A stretch of 60,688 nucleotides of DNA from a virus (taxonomy: Duplodnaviria > Caudoviricetes). Where the stretch lies: positions 1 through 60,688 of the IMG/VR virus record IMGVR_UViG_3300013006_000036; one strand, given 5' to 3'. Positions within the stretch are counted from its first letter, which is position 1. Each line of letters begins with the position of its first letter. Both the position numbers and the translations under genes were made by a program. The notes under the pieces were generated by a model. That model did no database searches and had not been told where the DNA came from. It saw only the letters and a list, made by a program, of their open reading frames with translations. Below, piece after piece: positions 37,009 to 47,000 of this stretch.

Positions 37009-37037
37009 AAAAAAACACCCTAGAATTTCTAGGGTGT
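37009..37037 (-). terminator. Rho-independent terminator
   Basis: Minus strand reads ACACCCTAGA-AAT-TCTAGGGTGT followed by a T run; ends the fibre/adhesin operon. Confidence 0.82.
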
Positions 37038-37057
37038 GTAGGTTGAATTTATAAATG

Positions 37058-37561
37058 TTATTGCGAATTATATCCCTTCCAACCTGGATACCTAGTCCAA
37101 GCAGGAATTTCAACTGTGGAAGGTCTGCATTGTTTGTCTACACTTGGCTCAGAGGTAAGAGCTTCTGCTTGTAAATATTCTTCAGTCATTGTCGCTGGAT
37201 CTGGATCGGCAGGCGGACGCTCAATCATGGTCTTAACTGTAGCAATGTGATTATACCAATCGCCGTCAGTGCTCAAAACACCATTTTGTCTAATGTCATG
37301 ATAGATCAAATCCAATTGTTGTTCGATCAGTCCATAGGCTACCTTTCTAGCTACCTTTCTATCGGTGTATGCAGCATCTCTTTCCACCCATATCATTTGC
37401 TGTTGACCTGGACTCCATTCAAGAGTCCACTCTCGTTGAATGTTATCTGGTGCATCAACCCAGGCTATAGTGGCATCGGGTCCTTCATAAATTTGAAAAT
37501 CCTCGCCGGGATCTACAATATCTTGTACATATCCCTGATAAGTAACAATCGCTTTTTTCAT
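37058..37561 (-). CDS. Tail-fibre-associated protein (possible assembly chaperone)
   Basis: R..AY..IEQQLD.IYHD...W..HIA.VK motif of the kind found beside phage fibre genes; follows the three Gly-rich genes. Confidence 0.55.
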   Translation of the reverse strand: MKKAIVTYQGYVQDIVDPGEDFQIYEGPDATIAWVDAPDNIQREWTLEWSPGQQQMIWVERDAAYTDRKVARKVAYGLIEQQLDLIYHDIRQNGVLSTDGDWYNHIATVKTMIERPPADPDPATMTEEYLQAEALTSEPSVDKQCRPSTVEIPAWTRYPGWKGYNSQ

Positions 37562-37579
37562 ATGATATCCTTAACTTTT

Positions 37580-38437
37580 TTATTTATATTCTTCAACTAC
37601 TATTATGCCAGGTCTGCCATCAGAACCTCTGTGGCCTCCAAAATAACCGCCTGAACCGCCTGTACCTGGAGCTGCGTGACCTTGGTGATTATGTGTAAAG
37701 TTACCACCGTTGGGGTGACCTGAAGGGGCTGCGCCACCAAAGTGAGTGGCTCCTCCCATACCAAAGCTGTGATGATGATCACCGCCCGACCCTTGATGAA
37801 GATTTAGATTTCCACCAGAACCAGTACCGCTAACACCGCCGCAATGTTGTCCTTGTCTATTGGCGCCATGGCCGCCACCGGCGCTCATGAAAGGGCCAAA
37901 ACTGGTAGTGGTTCCATCACCGCCTGCATTAGAGTAGTATGTGCCACCCCCGCCTCCACCAATGGTCACGCTCACACTGCTGGTTCCGGTGACATCGATG
38001 ACTCGTTCAGAATAGCCGCCTGCGCCGCCTGATTCGCCGTGGCCACCGCCACCTCCTCCACCTGCAACCAATTTAACTCTGATAAATCTCACACCGCTGG
38101 GTCTATTCCAAGTTGAGCTACCGGTAAACACCTGCATGCCGCTGAAACCAACGGCTCTGTATTCTAATCCGTTGTTAGATGAATTTGTCATCAATACAGT
38201 ATTTGCAGCGCCTACGGCAGTTAGTCCAGTACCACCAATCGATACAGGGGCTTGCCCGGTAACAGTGCTTGAGCCTAAATTTACTGAAGCGTTGGCCAGT
38301 TTGGCTGCTGTAACCGCTCCATCTGCAATATCCCCAGAAGGTATAGTTCTACTAGCAATGTTTGCATTTACCAGGCTGGCAGCAGTGATTGCAGTTGCTC
38401 CGTTTAGATTTTTTAATGTTTGATAATTAAATGGCAT
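37580..38437 (-). CDS. Gly-rich/His-rich adhesin-like fibre-tip protein, paralog 3
   Basis: MPFNYQTLKN start; VFT.S.TW..P.GV..I.V..V.GGGGG domain ending G..GIIVVEEY; 13 His, all in the C-terminal domain. Confidence 0.78.
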   Translation of the reverse strand: MPFNYQTLKNLNGATAITAASLVNANIASRTIPSGDIADGAVTAAKLANASVNLGSSTVTGQAPVSIGGTGLTAVGAANTVLMTNSSNNGLEYRAVGFSGMQVFTGSSTWNRPSGVRFIRVKLVAGGGGGGGHGESGGAGGYSERVIDVTGTSSVSVTIGGGGGGTYYSNAGGDGTTTSFGPFMSAGGGHGANRQGQHCGGVSGTGSGGNLNLHQGSGGDHHHSFGMGGATHFGGAAPSGHPNGGNFTHNHQGHAAPGTGGSGGYFGGHRGSDGRPGIIVVEEYK

Positions 38438-38448
38438 TTCTTTACCTA

Positions 38449-39306
38449 TTAGTAATATTCATACACCACAACAATTCCGGGCCTGCCGTCAGCGCCTCTA
38501 TGGCCTGAAAAATATCCGCTGGTGCCTCCTGTTCCAGGAGCAGAATGACCTTGGTGGTTATGTGCAAAATTGCCGGCATTGGGATGTCCTGCTGGACCAG
38601 CTCCGCCGAAATATGTGGATCCACCCATACCTGTGGACCGTTGTTCGTGACCCCCACCCGAACCTTGATGCATGTTTATATCGCCACCGGAACCAGTACC
38701 GCTCAAGCCGCCGTTGTGTTGATTGTGTCTATTGGCTCCGTGTCCCCCACTTGCGCTCATAAATGGACCAAAACTAGTAGTGGTTCCATCTCCACCTGCA
38801 CTAGAGTAGTATGTGCCGCCGCCGCCACCACCGATGGTCACGCTCACACTGCTGGTACCAGTAACATCAATGATTCGTTCTGAATAACCGCCTGCTGCTC
38901 CACTTTCTCCGTGTCCACTGGCTCCGCCGCCACCACCTACCAGTATCACGTGTATAAAACGCACACCGGTTGGACGACTCCAAGTAGTACTACCTGTAAA
39001 CACCTGCATGCTTCTAATTCCGGAATTTCTAAATGTCAATCCGTTATTGGTATCGTTTACACCCAGCATTAAATTGGCGCCGGCAAATGCAAATAAACCT
39101 GTACCGCCTTGAGCTGCACTAATAGATCCAGAAACCTTTGATCCTGTTAGATTAACAGAAGCTGCACCTAACTCTTGGCTGGTAACTACACTATTCTGTA
39201 GATTGGTGCTAGTTACTGCATTTGCTGCTAGATCTCCGCCTGTTATTGTATTGGCTACAAAAGAATTATTGTTGAGATTTTTTAAAGTTTGATAATTAAA
39301 TGGCAT
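38449..39306 (-). CDS. Gly-rich/His-rich adhesin-like fibre-tip protein, paralog 2
   Basis: Same architecture and identical first 10 aa; 12 His. Confidence 0.78.
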   Translation of the reverse strand: MPFNYQTLKNLNNNSFVANTITGGDLAANAVTSTNLQNSVVTSQELGAASVNLTGSKVSGSISAAQGGTGLFAFAGANLMLGVNDTNNGLTFRNSGIRSMQVFTGSTTWSRPTGVRFIHVILVGGGGGASGHGESGAAGGYSERIIDVTGTSSVSVTIGGGGGGTYYSSAGGDGTTTSFGPFMSASGGHGANRHNQHNGGLSGTGSGGDINMHQGSGGGHEQRSTGMGGSTYFGGAGPAGHPNAGNFAHNHQGHSAPGTGGTSGYFSGHRGADGRPGIVVVYEYY

Positions 39307-39314
39307 GATGTCTC

Positions 39315-40166
39315 TTAATAGAAGTTAGTTACAATAATTATACCAGGTCTACCATCTGTGCCTCGATAGCTGTGAAAGTGTGCTCCGCCGCCACCTGCTC
39401 CGAGAGCAGAGTGTCCGTTGTGATTGTGTCCAAATTGTCCACCGTTGGGATAATTGCTGGCTGTGCCGCCACCAAAAAAGCTCTCGGCTACGGAAGAACA
39501 ATCTCTTCCGTGATGGCTGTAGCCGCCGCCTGTATGAATGTTCAAGTTGCCGCCGCTTCCGGCGCCACTGACACCACCGCAGTGCTGTGCCTGTCTATTG
39601 GCTCCATGGCCGCCGCCGGCACTTACGTAAGGACCAAAACTAGAAGAGTTGCCGTTGCCGGCTGCACCAGAATAGTATGTGCCACCTCCACCACCGCCGA
39701 TGGTTATACCTACTGAACTAATACTTGTAACATCTAAAAATAATTCAGCGTATCCTCCTGCTGCACCACCTTCTCCGTGGCCGCCGCCGCCACCACCTGC
39801 ACCATTTACTTGAACTTTTATGTATTTTACACCAGATGGACGAGTCCAAGTCGAGTTACTTGTATAAACGTTTATGCTGGCTATTCCATGCGGTTGTTGT
39901 GATAATGCAGAACCGTCACTTTGAATTGCTCGGCCAGCACCCGAAAATGATGATATTCCAAGTCCGCCTTTAGACAATGCCAATGCACCAGTAACTACAG
40001 AACTGCCAAGTGCCACTGCTCCTGTTGCCAGTTTACTTTCAGTCACGCTTCCCAGTTCTAATCTGTCAGCAGCGATTGTGGTAGAAGCAATCCTATCTGC
40101 TGCGACGGATGCGTCTACCACTGATTGAGTGGTGTAGTTTTTTAGTGTTTGATAATTAAATGGCAT
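39315..40166 (-). CDS. Gly-rich/His-rich adhesin-like fibre-tip protein, paralog 1
   Basis: Same architecture and identical first 10 aa; 12 His. Confidence 0.78.
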   Translation of the reverse strand: MPFNYQTLKNYTTQSVVDASVAADRIASTTIAADRLELGSVTESKLATGAVALGSSVVTGALALSKGGLGISSFSGAGRAIQSDGSALSQQPHGIASINVYTSNSTWTRPSGVKYIKVQVNGAGGGGGGHGEGGAAGGYAELFLDVTSISSVGITIGGGGGGTYYSGAAGNGNSSSFGPYVSAGGGHGANRQAQHCGGVSGAGSGGNLNIHTGGGYSHHGRDCSSVAESFFGGGTASNYPNGGQFGHNHNGHSALGAGGGGAHFHSYRGTDGRPGIIIVTNFY

Positions 40167-40169
40167 AGT

Positions 40170-40637
40170 TTAAATTGCTTCTAATAACCAACCTCGAGTG
40201 GCATCAAAATATACCAGTGCTAATGAAGCACCTGTAGTATTTATTACCATGGTGTCATTGGTTCGCATTATTGGATTTCCATTGTTGTTAATGGTACAGG
40301 CATTAGTACCGAATTGACCATGACTGTCAGTGATTTTTATGTAATCACCCTGTCTTGGCGTTGTGGGCAAAGCCAATGTAACTGCACCACCTGTGGTATT
40401 TACCCAGTATGCGTGATTGGAGCCCAAAGTCTGGCTTGTGCTAATGGCAACGTTGGGAAATTCACCTATCACGAACCAATAAGATCCGTTCCAAATTTCT
40501 AGCTGATTTACATCAGTGTTGAAATAAGTAATACCCAACTGTGTGCTATTATAAACTGGTCGTTGTGCGGTAGTTCCCACAGCATCGTTCGGTTGAACAG
40601 ATGTTGATATAACGCCCGTCGTTGTATGTCTTCCCAT
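40170..40637 (-). CDS. Short tail-fibre/adaptor protein
   Basis: GTTAQRP..G..YFNTD..QLEIWNG..W motif plus a Y.VNTTGGAVTL.LP..P..GD.I...D domain typical of T4-like fibres. ATG at 40637 with AGGA SD. Confidence 0.72.
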   Translation of the reverse strand: MGRHTTTGVISTSVQPNDAVGTTAQRPVYNSTQLGITYFNTDVNQLEIWNGSYWFVIGEFPNVAISTSQTLGSNHAYWVNTTGGAVTLALPTTPRQGDYIKITDSHGQFGTNACTINNNGNPIMRTNDTMVINTTGASLALVYFDATRGWLLEAI

Positions 40638-40650
40638 TTTACTATTCCTA

Positions 40651-40980
40651 TTAAGCCGTAGCAGTTTCAATACCGTACGCCACAGCACTTACACCAACTG
40701 CACTTGATCTTACTACTAGCTTTTCACCTGCTTTAAGCACAAGTCCAGTACGCTCTAAAACACCGTTTGCGGTTAACTGTACATTAAATTCTATATATTC
40801 AGCTGTGGTAGGAGTAGCTAGACTAGCTATCGCTATCTGAATAGTACATACGGTTGCTGCTCTATTACAAACACTCACAGATAAAACTGTAAAAGTGTCC
40901 ACCGGACATTCATATAGTGTGAAATTGGTTGCTGCTCCAACGACTGTAAAGTCTGCTATTCCTAATCTTCCTGTTGCCAT
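40651..40980 (-). CDS. Small beta-rich virion protein (~110-aa family, copy 1)
   Basis: Y.CP...SV.VCN...YIE...L..N..LERTGLVL..GE...V; paralogous to 54632..54964 and 57870..58220. Confidence 0.7.
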   Translation of the reverse strand: MATGRLGIADFTVVGAATNFTLYECPVDTFTVLSVSVCNRAATVCTIQIAIASLATPTTAEYIEFNVQLTANGVLERTGLVLKAGEKLVVRSSAVGVSAVAYGIETATA

Positions 40981-40999
40981 AATGTATTCTCCATGTTTA

Positions 41000-41007
41000 T
41001 ATTTATA
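41000..41007 (-). promoter_or_regulatory. T4-type late promoter TATAAATA for the adhesin operon (40980 to 37058)
   Basis: Exact consensus, followed by a GGAGA SD and the ATG at 40980. Confidence 0.78.
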
Positions 41008-44000
41008 TCAAAAAGTAGTTGAATGCTAAAGGAAGGCCAATAACTCCGCCTCTGAATTCAAAGGTAGCATTCATCTTGATTGGCCCTGCTGTCACAGTGG
41101 TTATTATGTTTGAGCTGATAAAAATACTACCTGCTGTCACAGAGTTAACATTCAAGCTGGCTCCGCCGCCGCCGATTTGTCCAGCAATAAACGCCTTGAT
41201 AGCTCGTTGTGTAGGCACAATGTTGTCTGAATCTGCAGTAAAAAACGGATCTGTTGAAAATTCCGTAATTGTAGCTGATCCTCCACCTAGTGTAACGTTA
41301 CCCAAATTAAGTTCTTGAAGACCTGAAATGTTAAACGCATCTGCATTCAATGTTGCAATACCAGTTGATTGTTCAATAGCAAACAAGTCACCAACTCGGA
41401 AGTTACCGTCCTGGTCTGTAGATGTAAAGAACACTCGGCCCCCACCTTGTTCCACAGTTTCATTTGCAGGAATTGGCGATTGCAGTGGTGTTCCTGGATA
41501 ATTAGTATCAATAAAGCTGCCTGTGCCTATGTCTAAGAAGTCGTGTCCTGTAAGTCGAACCTGACTGTATCTCAATCGCATAGTAACGTCTGCACCGTCA
41601 GGTGGCGCTTCTGATATAGTCAGCGTAGGACTGATCTGTAAGAACGCTGTGTGGGATCCTAGATTTTCTCCAAGGAACGTGATCACATTCACCAACTTGA
41701 AAGTTCTGTCAGGCAAATGACTGAACACCACGTTGGAACCCGGTGTGGGTTGTTGAATGAGTCTGCGGGTGGCTACAAATGTACCAGATTGGAACAGATC
41801 TGAATAACCATCACCGGTGTCTACTTCGCCGCTACCTGTAACAAACTGTGTGCCTCTGTTCACAAAGCTAGGATTGGCCAATACACCACTGTTCTTTCTC
41901 ACTGTTGTAGGAGATTCAAATGTATTATTGGGATCAGTAAATGTAATTGTAGGTATAGTAGCGTAGCCTGATCCAGGTTCTGTGATATTGACCTGGAACA
42001 GTTTATTAGCAGCTACCTTGGCTCGACCTCTAGCAGTAGCGCCTGTTCTGATATATGTGGATACATCACCTGTGCTGGCGCCAACACCTACAAACAAGCC
42101 GTATCTATTTCTGTTACCAAAAGTAATTGCTGAAAAACCGTTTGCTGCTGTGGATGTAGTTCTTGTAGTCCAAGTAACACCATCTGGCGATGTGGCTGCT
42201 GCTGTGGTTGTACTTACTGCAAGGAATACTCCTTGACCGTATGTGACTTTGGTCCACGATGCTGTAGCTGGCAGTGTGCTGGCTGTCCATGTGATACCAT
42301 CCAAACTGTATGCAGCTATGGTTCCGCTGGTATTTGAAATAGCAACGAATCTATTATTACCATAGGCAATGCTGTTCCAGTTTGAGCTAGAAGGCAATGT
42401 GCCTGCAGTCCATGCGCCTGCGACTGTGGTCGATGTGGCATAATTAGTCACGTTAGTACCGCTCTTGATTGCAACGAATCTGTTTTTGCCGTAGGCGATA
42501 GCTGTAAACCCAGTAGTAGTTAATGTACCAGTTTGATCCCAATTTTCACCGTCGTTGCTGATTCTTACTGTAGTTACATCACTGCTGACTGCTACGAATT
42601 TTTGTGCACCAAATGCCACACCAACCCATGTAGCAGAAGTCTGCATACTGGTTGCTGTCCATGTTATACCGTCGTCGCTGTATGCGCCTGTGGTGTTAGC
42701 ACTGGTGCCTGCAACTGCTACGAATTTGCTGACTTTACCTATTGTAGAACCGTCGTCAAATAATCCTGCGGTCATTGCTGACCAGTTAGCAGCACTAGGC
42801 ATCAAACTGGCTCTAGTGGTCCACGCTACTCCGTCTTCTGAAGTTGCACCCACTGTGCTACCACTTCTTAGAGCAACATATCTACCACCTATTCCGTAGC
42901 CTGAATGATCAAAGTCTAAAATGGCGCCTGTGGTGGAATTAACTGCGGTAATCGTGATAATCAAATCGTTAGCGGTTGTAGTGCCGCCTAGGCTAGTGCC
43001 CAAAATTGTTATGGTCTGTAATCTTGTATAACCTGTGCCTGCGGCCTGCAAGGACGGAGTATATTTCCATCCATTACGTATCACCATGAATGATACTCCA
43101 ACACCAGAACCTGTATAAGTGCCTGTGACTGATGTATATACAGCAGCAGTTTCACCATATTTTACAGCTCTCCATGCTCCGCTAGTTGGTAGTGTGACAG
43201 CTGTACTGGCATATCCGGGCGCTGAGAATGTTACTCTAGGTTCAATGATATAGGTTGATGAAGCATCAGGCGATACAATTGTTGTACCTGCTACCAAATG
43301 ATCGAATCCTGCTGTGCCGTCTGATTCTTTGACCAATCCAGCCACCTTAGTACCTGAATTATATGTATTGATAATACCAAACTGGCCAACACCTGCACCA
43401 CCTGTAAGCACAATTTTCATACCTATGTAAGCAGTACTTGATTCTCCGTCTGTAGCAGCGATAGTAATTGAGGTAGAAGAACCGCCTTGTGCGGTGTTAG
43501 AGTTGGTGATATATCCAAAACCACCAAGATTACCGTCTGCTTCTGGAGCATTAGTGCTGTCATCAACAAGATCCAACATGCGGACTTCAAATACAGCATC
43601 GTCACGGAATTCGTCAGTTTCAACTACTTGACCTGAACCGCCGCCTGTAAGAGTATAGCTAACTTCTGTGTAGTCTATACCTGCATTTAGATATTCTATC
43701 TGTAGCAGTGCTGACCCGTCAGTGATCACTCGATCAATCACAGCTTCAAACTGTAGTCTGTTATCAACAATACCTGTGTCCGGTGCTTCTGTTGCGTCAA
43801 AACCTTCTGCTACAGAACCAAAATCTCCATATGAGTTGTTGCCGTTGGTGGCTCGTATTCTTCCACCGTTTTCTGCCAAATATGCAATGTGGGCGTAATA
43901 GCTGAACACAGACACTAATTCAGCACGACCGTTGTTGGTAATCCAAGCACCAATACCATCTGATATTACCTGTGTGAAGTCGTTGGAAACAATTGAATCA

Positions 44001-47000
44001 TTACCGCCGTTGTGCAAAGAGCCATCGATCTTTTGACCAACGGCCGCTGTGCCCAATGTGGTCAATCCCTGCACGTATGGTGAACGTGTGATAATCCAAG
44101 TGCGATAATCATCTGGACCCCAACCTGGATCTAGGGATGCATATGCTCCTGCACTTACTCGTGATGTACCAAATTCATTTACAGCTAATAGGTCGCCTGT
44201 TAGGCCTTCCATGGTTTGATCTCTTAAACCAGTAGCGTCTCTGAGATAGTACATGTCCTCTTCCAAACTGCCCATCACGCTGTTTGCATAATATCTAGCT
44301 GCAAATCTTGATTTGTAGTTGCCTGGATATTTTAAATCGTATTTTAGTGCATCTATATATGTGTTAACATCTCTTAGACATGCTTCGCTGCTGTAATACA
44401 ATGCCACTGTCATTGAACCGCTGCCGCTGTTTATAATGTTAAACGCTGTGTTTGAATTTCTAGTTGTAGCAACCTTAAAAGTAGTTGAGCTTACTACGTT
44501 TTGTACATAGTAAGTAGTAGTTGTATTGATATCACCAAATACTGTACCTGAGAATCTTATAGCAGCATTTCTCGTCATCCAAGCTGTTGATGTGCAGGTA
44601 AACAAATCGGTGGCTTGTGTGGCTGCTGTAACTGTGGTAGTGTAAGTTGAATCAATGTAAGCATCTATTTCTGCAACTATGTAATCTCTGTTGCGCTCTA
44701 ATTGCAGCACAGCATAGTCAACCATTCTATTGCCTGTGGCACAACGACTGCCTTCGTTGGTAGCACCAAAGACTATGTCATCCAACAGTGTCATTAATGT
44801 TTCAATACGAGCCTGTGCTGTAGCATTGCCGCCCACGTTGGCGCTGGCCAATCCTTTGACATAGGTAAATGCTGCACGAGTGGCTGTTTTCTGATTTAAA
44901 CTGAATACATCAGCGGCTGTGGCTCTCAAATATGAGTATGCAGCTTCTCTAGTTTTAAAATTGCTGTTGAACATGAAGTCGAACATCACTGCTTCTAATA
45001 TCAATCTCACATCACGTTCGCACTTAACTGAGTTATAAACTAATGCAGGAAAGTTAGCAGTAATATAAGCGGTAGACGCAGTTACTATGGTTTCTTGTGC
45101 AGCATCTAGAGTCACTGCCGCAGCTATCAATGCTGTGGTTGATGTAACTGCATTAGTAGCTGTAGGATAATTAATGATTTCTAAGTCAATGTCAAGTCCG
45201 GCACCGTTAGTGAACGAAGCCAATACTGCTCCACCATATGTGGCCGCCAGTTGGAATGTATTGGTAGTTACTGTGCCTACTACCCAATATTTGGTGCCGT
45301 TAACTAACCCGTTAGCTGTTATTCTTGGAACTACCGCATCACCAACTAATAGTCCATGATTATTGCTAGTCAGTGTGTTGAGAGTAGCTATAGTTGTAAC
45401 ATTGATCTGAGGAGTGTTTCCTTCTGTGCTATCGCCTTGTATGATATTAGTAATAATGTCTACCAATGCGCCTACAGTGGCATTGGCAGCGGCTCCGCCT
45501 GTTAAATTAGTGCTGTCAGTCCACTGAGTAGCAGTATTTCCGGTAGATTTAGTCACAGCAGTGTTGGCAATGATCTCTTGTATCACAGTTTTTATTCTTC
45601 CATAAGCAGCCACTGTGGCCGCAATTTCTGTGCTGTCAATCTGTAATGCAGTGCTGTTATCGCCATCAAAATATGCTGTGCCAGCTACCAGTGTGGCCCA
45701 AGCTCCGCCATAGGTCAAGTCGTAGTCCATGGCATCAACAATAAATGCCACGTCACGTTTGCATTTGGTTCTACTGTATAATACATTAGGAAAATTTTCT
45801 GTTAAAAATGCAGTGGTTTCTTCTTTGATAAATTCTTTGTTTTCACGCAGCAGTTTTCGTGCATCGCCAAATCCTGTTAGGAATGATGTATTGTATCCTG
45901 TTGGATCTGCAGAACTCACCATGAACGTAGAACTGATCTTGAAATCAATCTGATGTTGCATGACTCTGACCAATTGTGCTGCATCTGCTGCTTCTTCAGT
46001 GCTGGCAAATGGAAATGCTACACTCTGTGTAGCAGTGTTGCCTGAGCTTTCTGTGACATTGGCTCCTCGTACAATTTGATCAATCACTGTTTGCAATCTA
46101 GTCAATGCGCCTACGCTGTATCCGGCATCGGATCTATTGGTCTGGCTGCCTGCAGGTCCTGTATTAGTTGAACGTAGTTCGTCGCCTTGTATACAAGTTT
46201 GTTCTGGCACAATAATCGGCAATGTTTCACGATACCTTCCTGTGGCCACATTAATTAGATTACTAGGACTGTATCTTGCTGGTACACTGGCTATGGCGGC
46301 TGCTATTTGAGGTGCTGTTACTGCTGCTGCTCTAGCAGTGATAGCATTAGTGATCAGTGTAACACTTGCTGTCACATTAGCCAATGCCCCAGTTTCTGCT
46401 GTGAGATCGCTGTTGAAATATTGAGCTACTGTGGCAGTGGAATTGTCGCCGTTCAATGTCTGATAATTTATAGTTGGAGCTGTCTGTGCTAAAACATTTC
46501 CAACAACTGTAAGCATGTAGTTATAGGCAGCTACTGATTCGTCTGATTCAATGGCCAATCCTGGATATGCTTCTGTTTCGTCCTCGCTGAGTCCGCCAAT
46601 CAATGAATTAGCAACACCTCGTGATTTAATATTACCGCCGTGGCATAGATCATAAATCACTGCATCTAATGTAAATCCTACATCTCTCTCACATTTGAAA
46701 TCATCGTAAACAAATGCTGTAGTAAATGGTGCTGTGTTTGTGGAAATCTGACGCTGTATAAATTCTGTGACTTCGCGTTGAATAAACACACGGTTGAGTT
46801 CTAACAGATATCGTGCATCAGGATTTCGAGGACCACGTTCTACCTGTTCGCAGGCATAGCGTATGGTCTTAAAGGGTTTGTCCCAGGTTCTACCATGTAT
46901 AGGTGAAGGCCCGTCAACACCTGTAGGTGCTACAAAATATGTGTGATCTGTTTCTCCCAGTGTGACCCATTCTGGATCAATACCGTTAGAGGTTAATACT

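Noticed and set aside
19594-37018. Island as a DNA-hypermodification (Tet/JBP) or classical NRPS/PKS cluster
   Set aside because: No recognisable Tet/JBP, methyltransferase, glycosyltransferase, thymidylate-synthase-like or scaffold-synthesis genes, and the context is late/structural. Disfavoured, not excluded.
37580-40166. Diversity-generating retroelement (TR/VR pair) among the similar Gly-rich genes
   Set aside because: In the stretches I compared by eye, differences are mostly synonymous third-position changes, not adenine-specific. All three copies are full ORFs and no reverse transcriptase is in the window.
44320-46720. Assigning a cyanobacterial host from the phycobiliprotein-like repeats and halogenases
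   Set aside because: No photosynthesis genes or other host markers are in the window, and the motif similarity is short.
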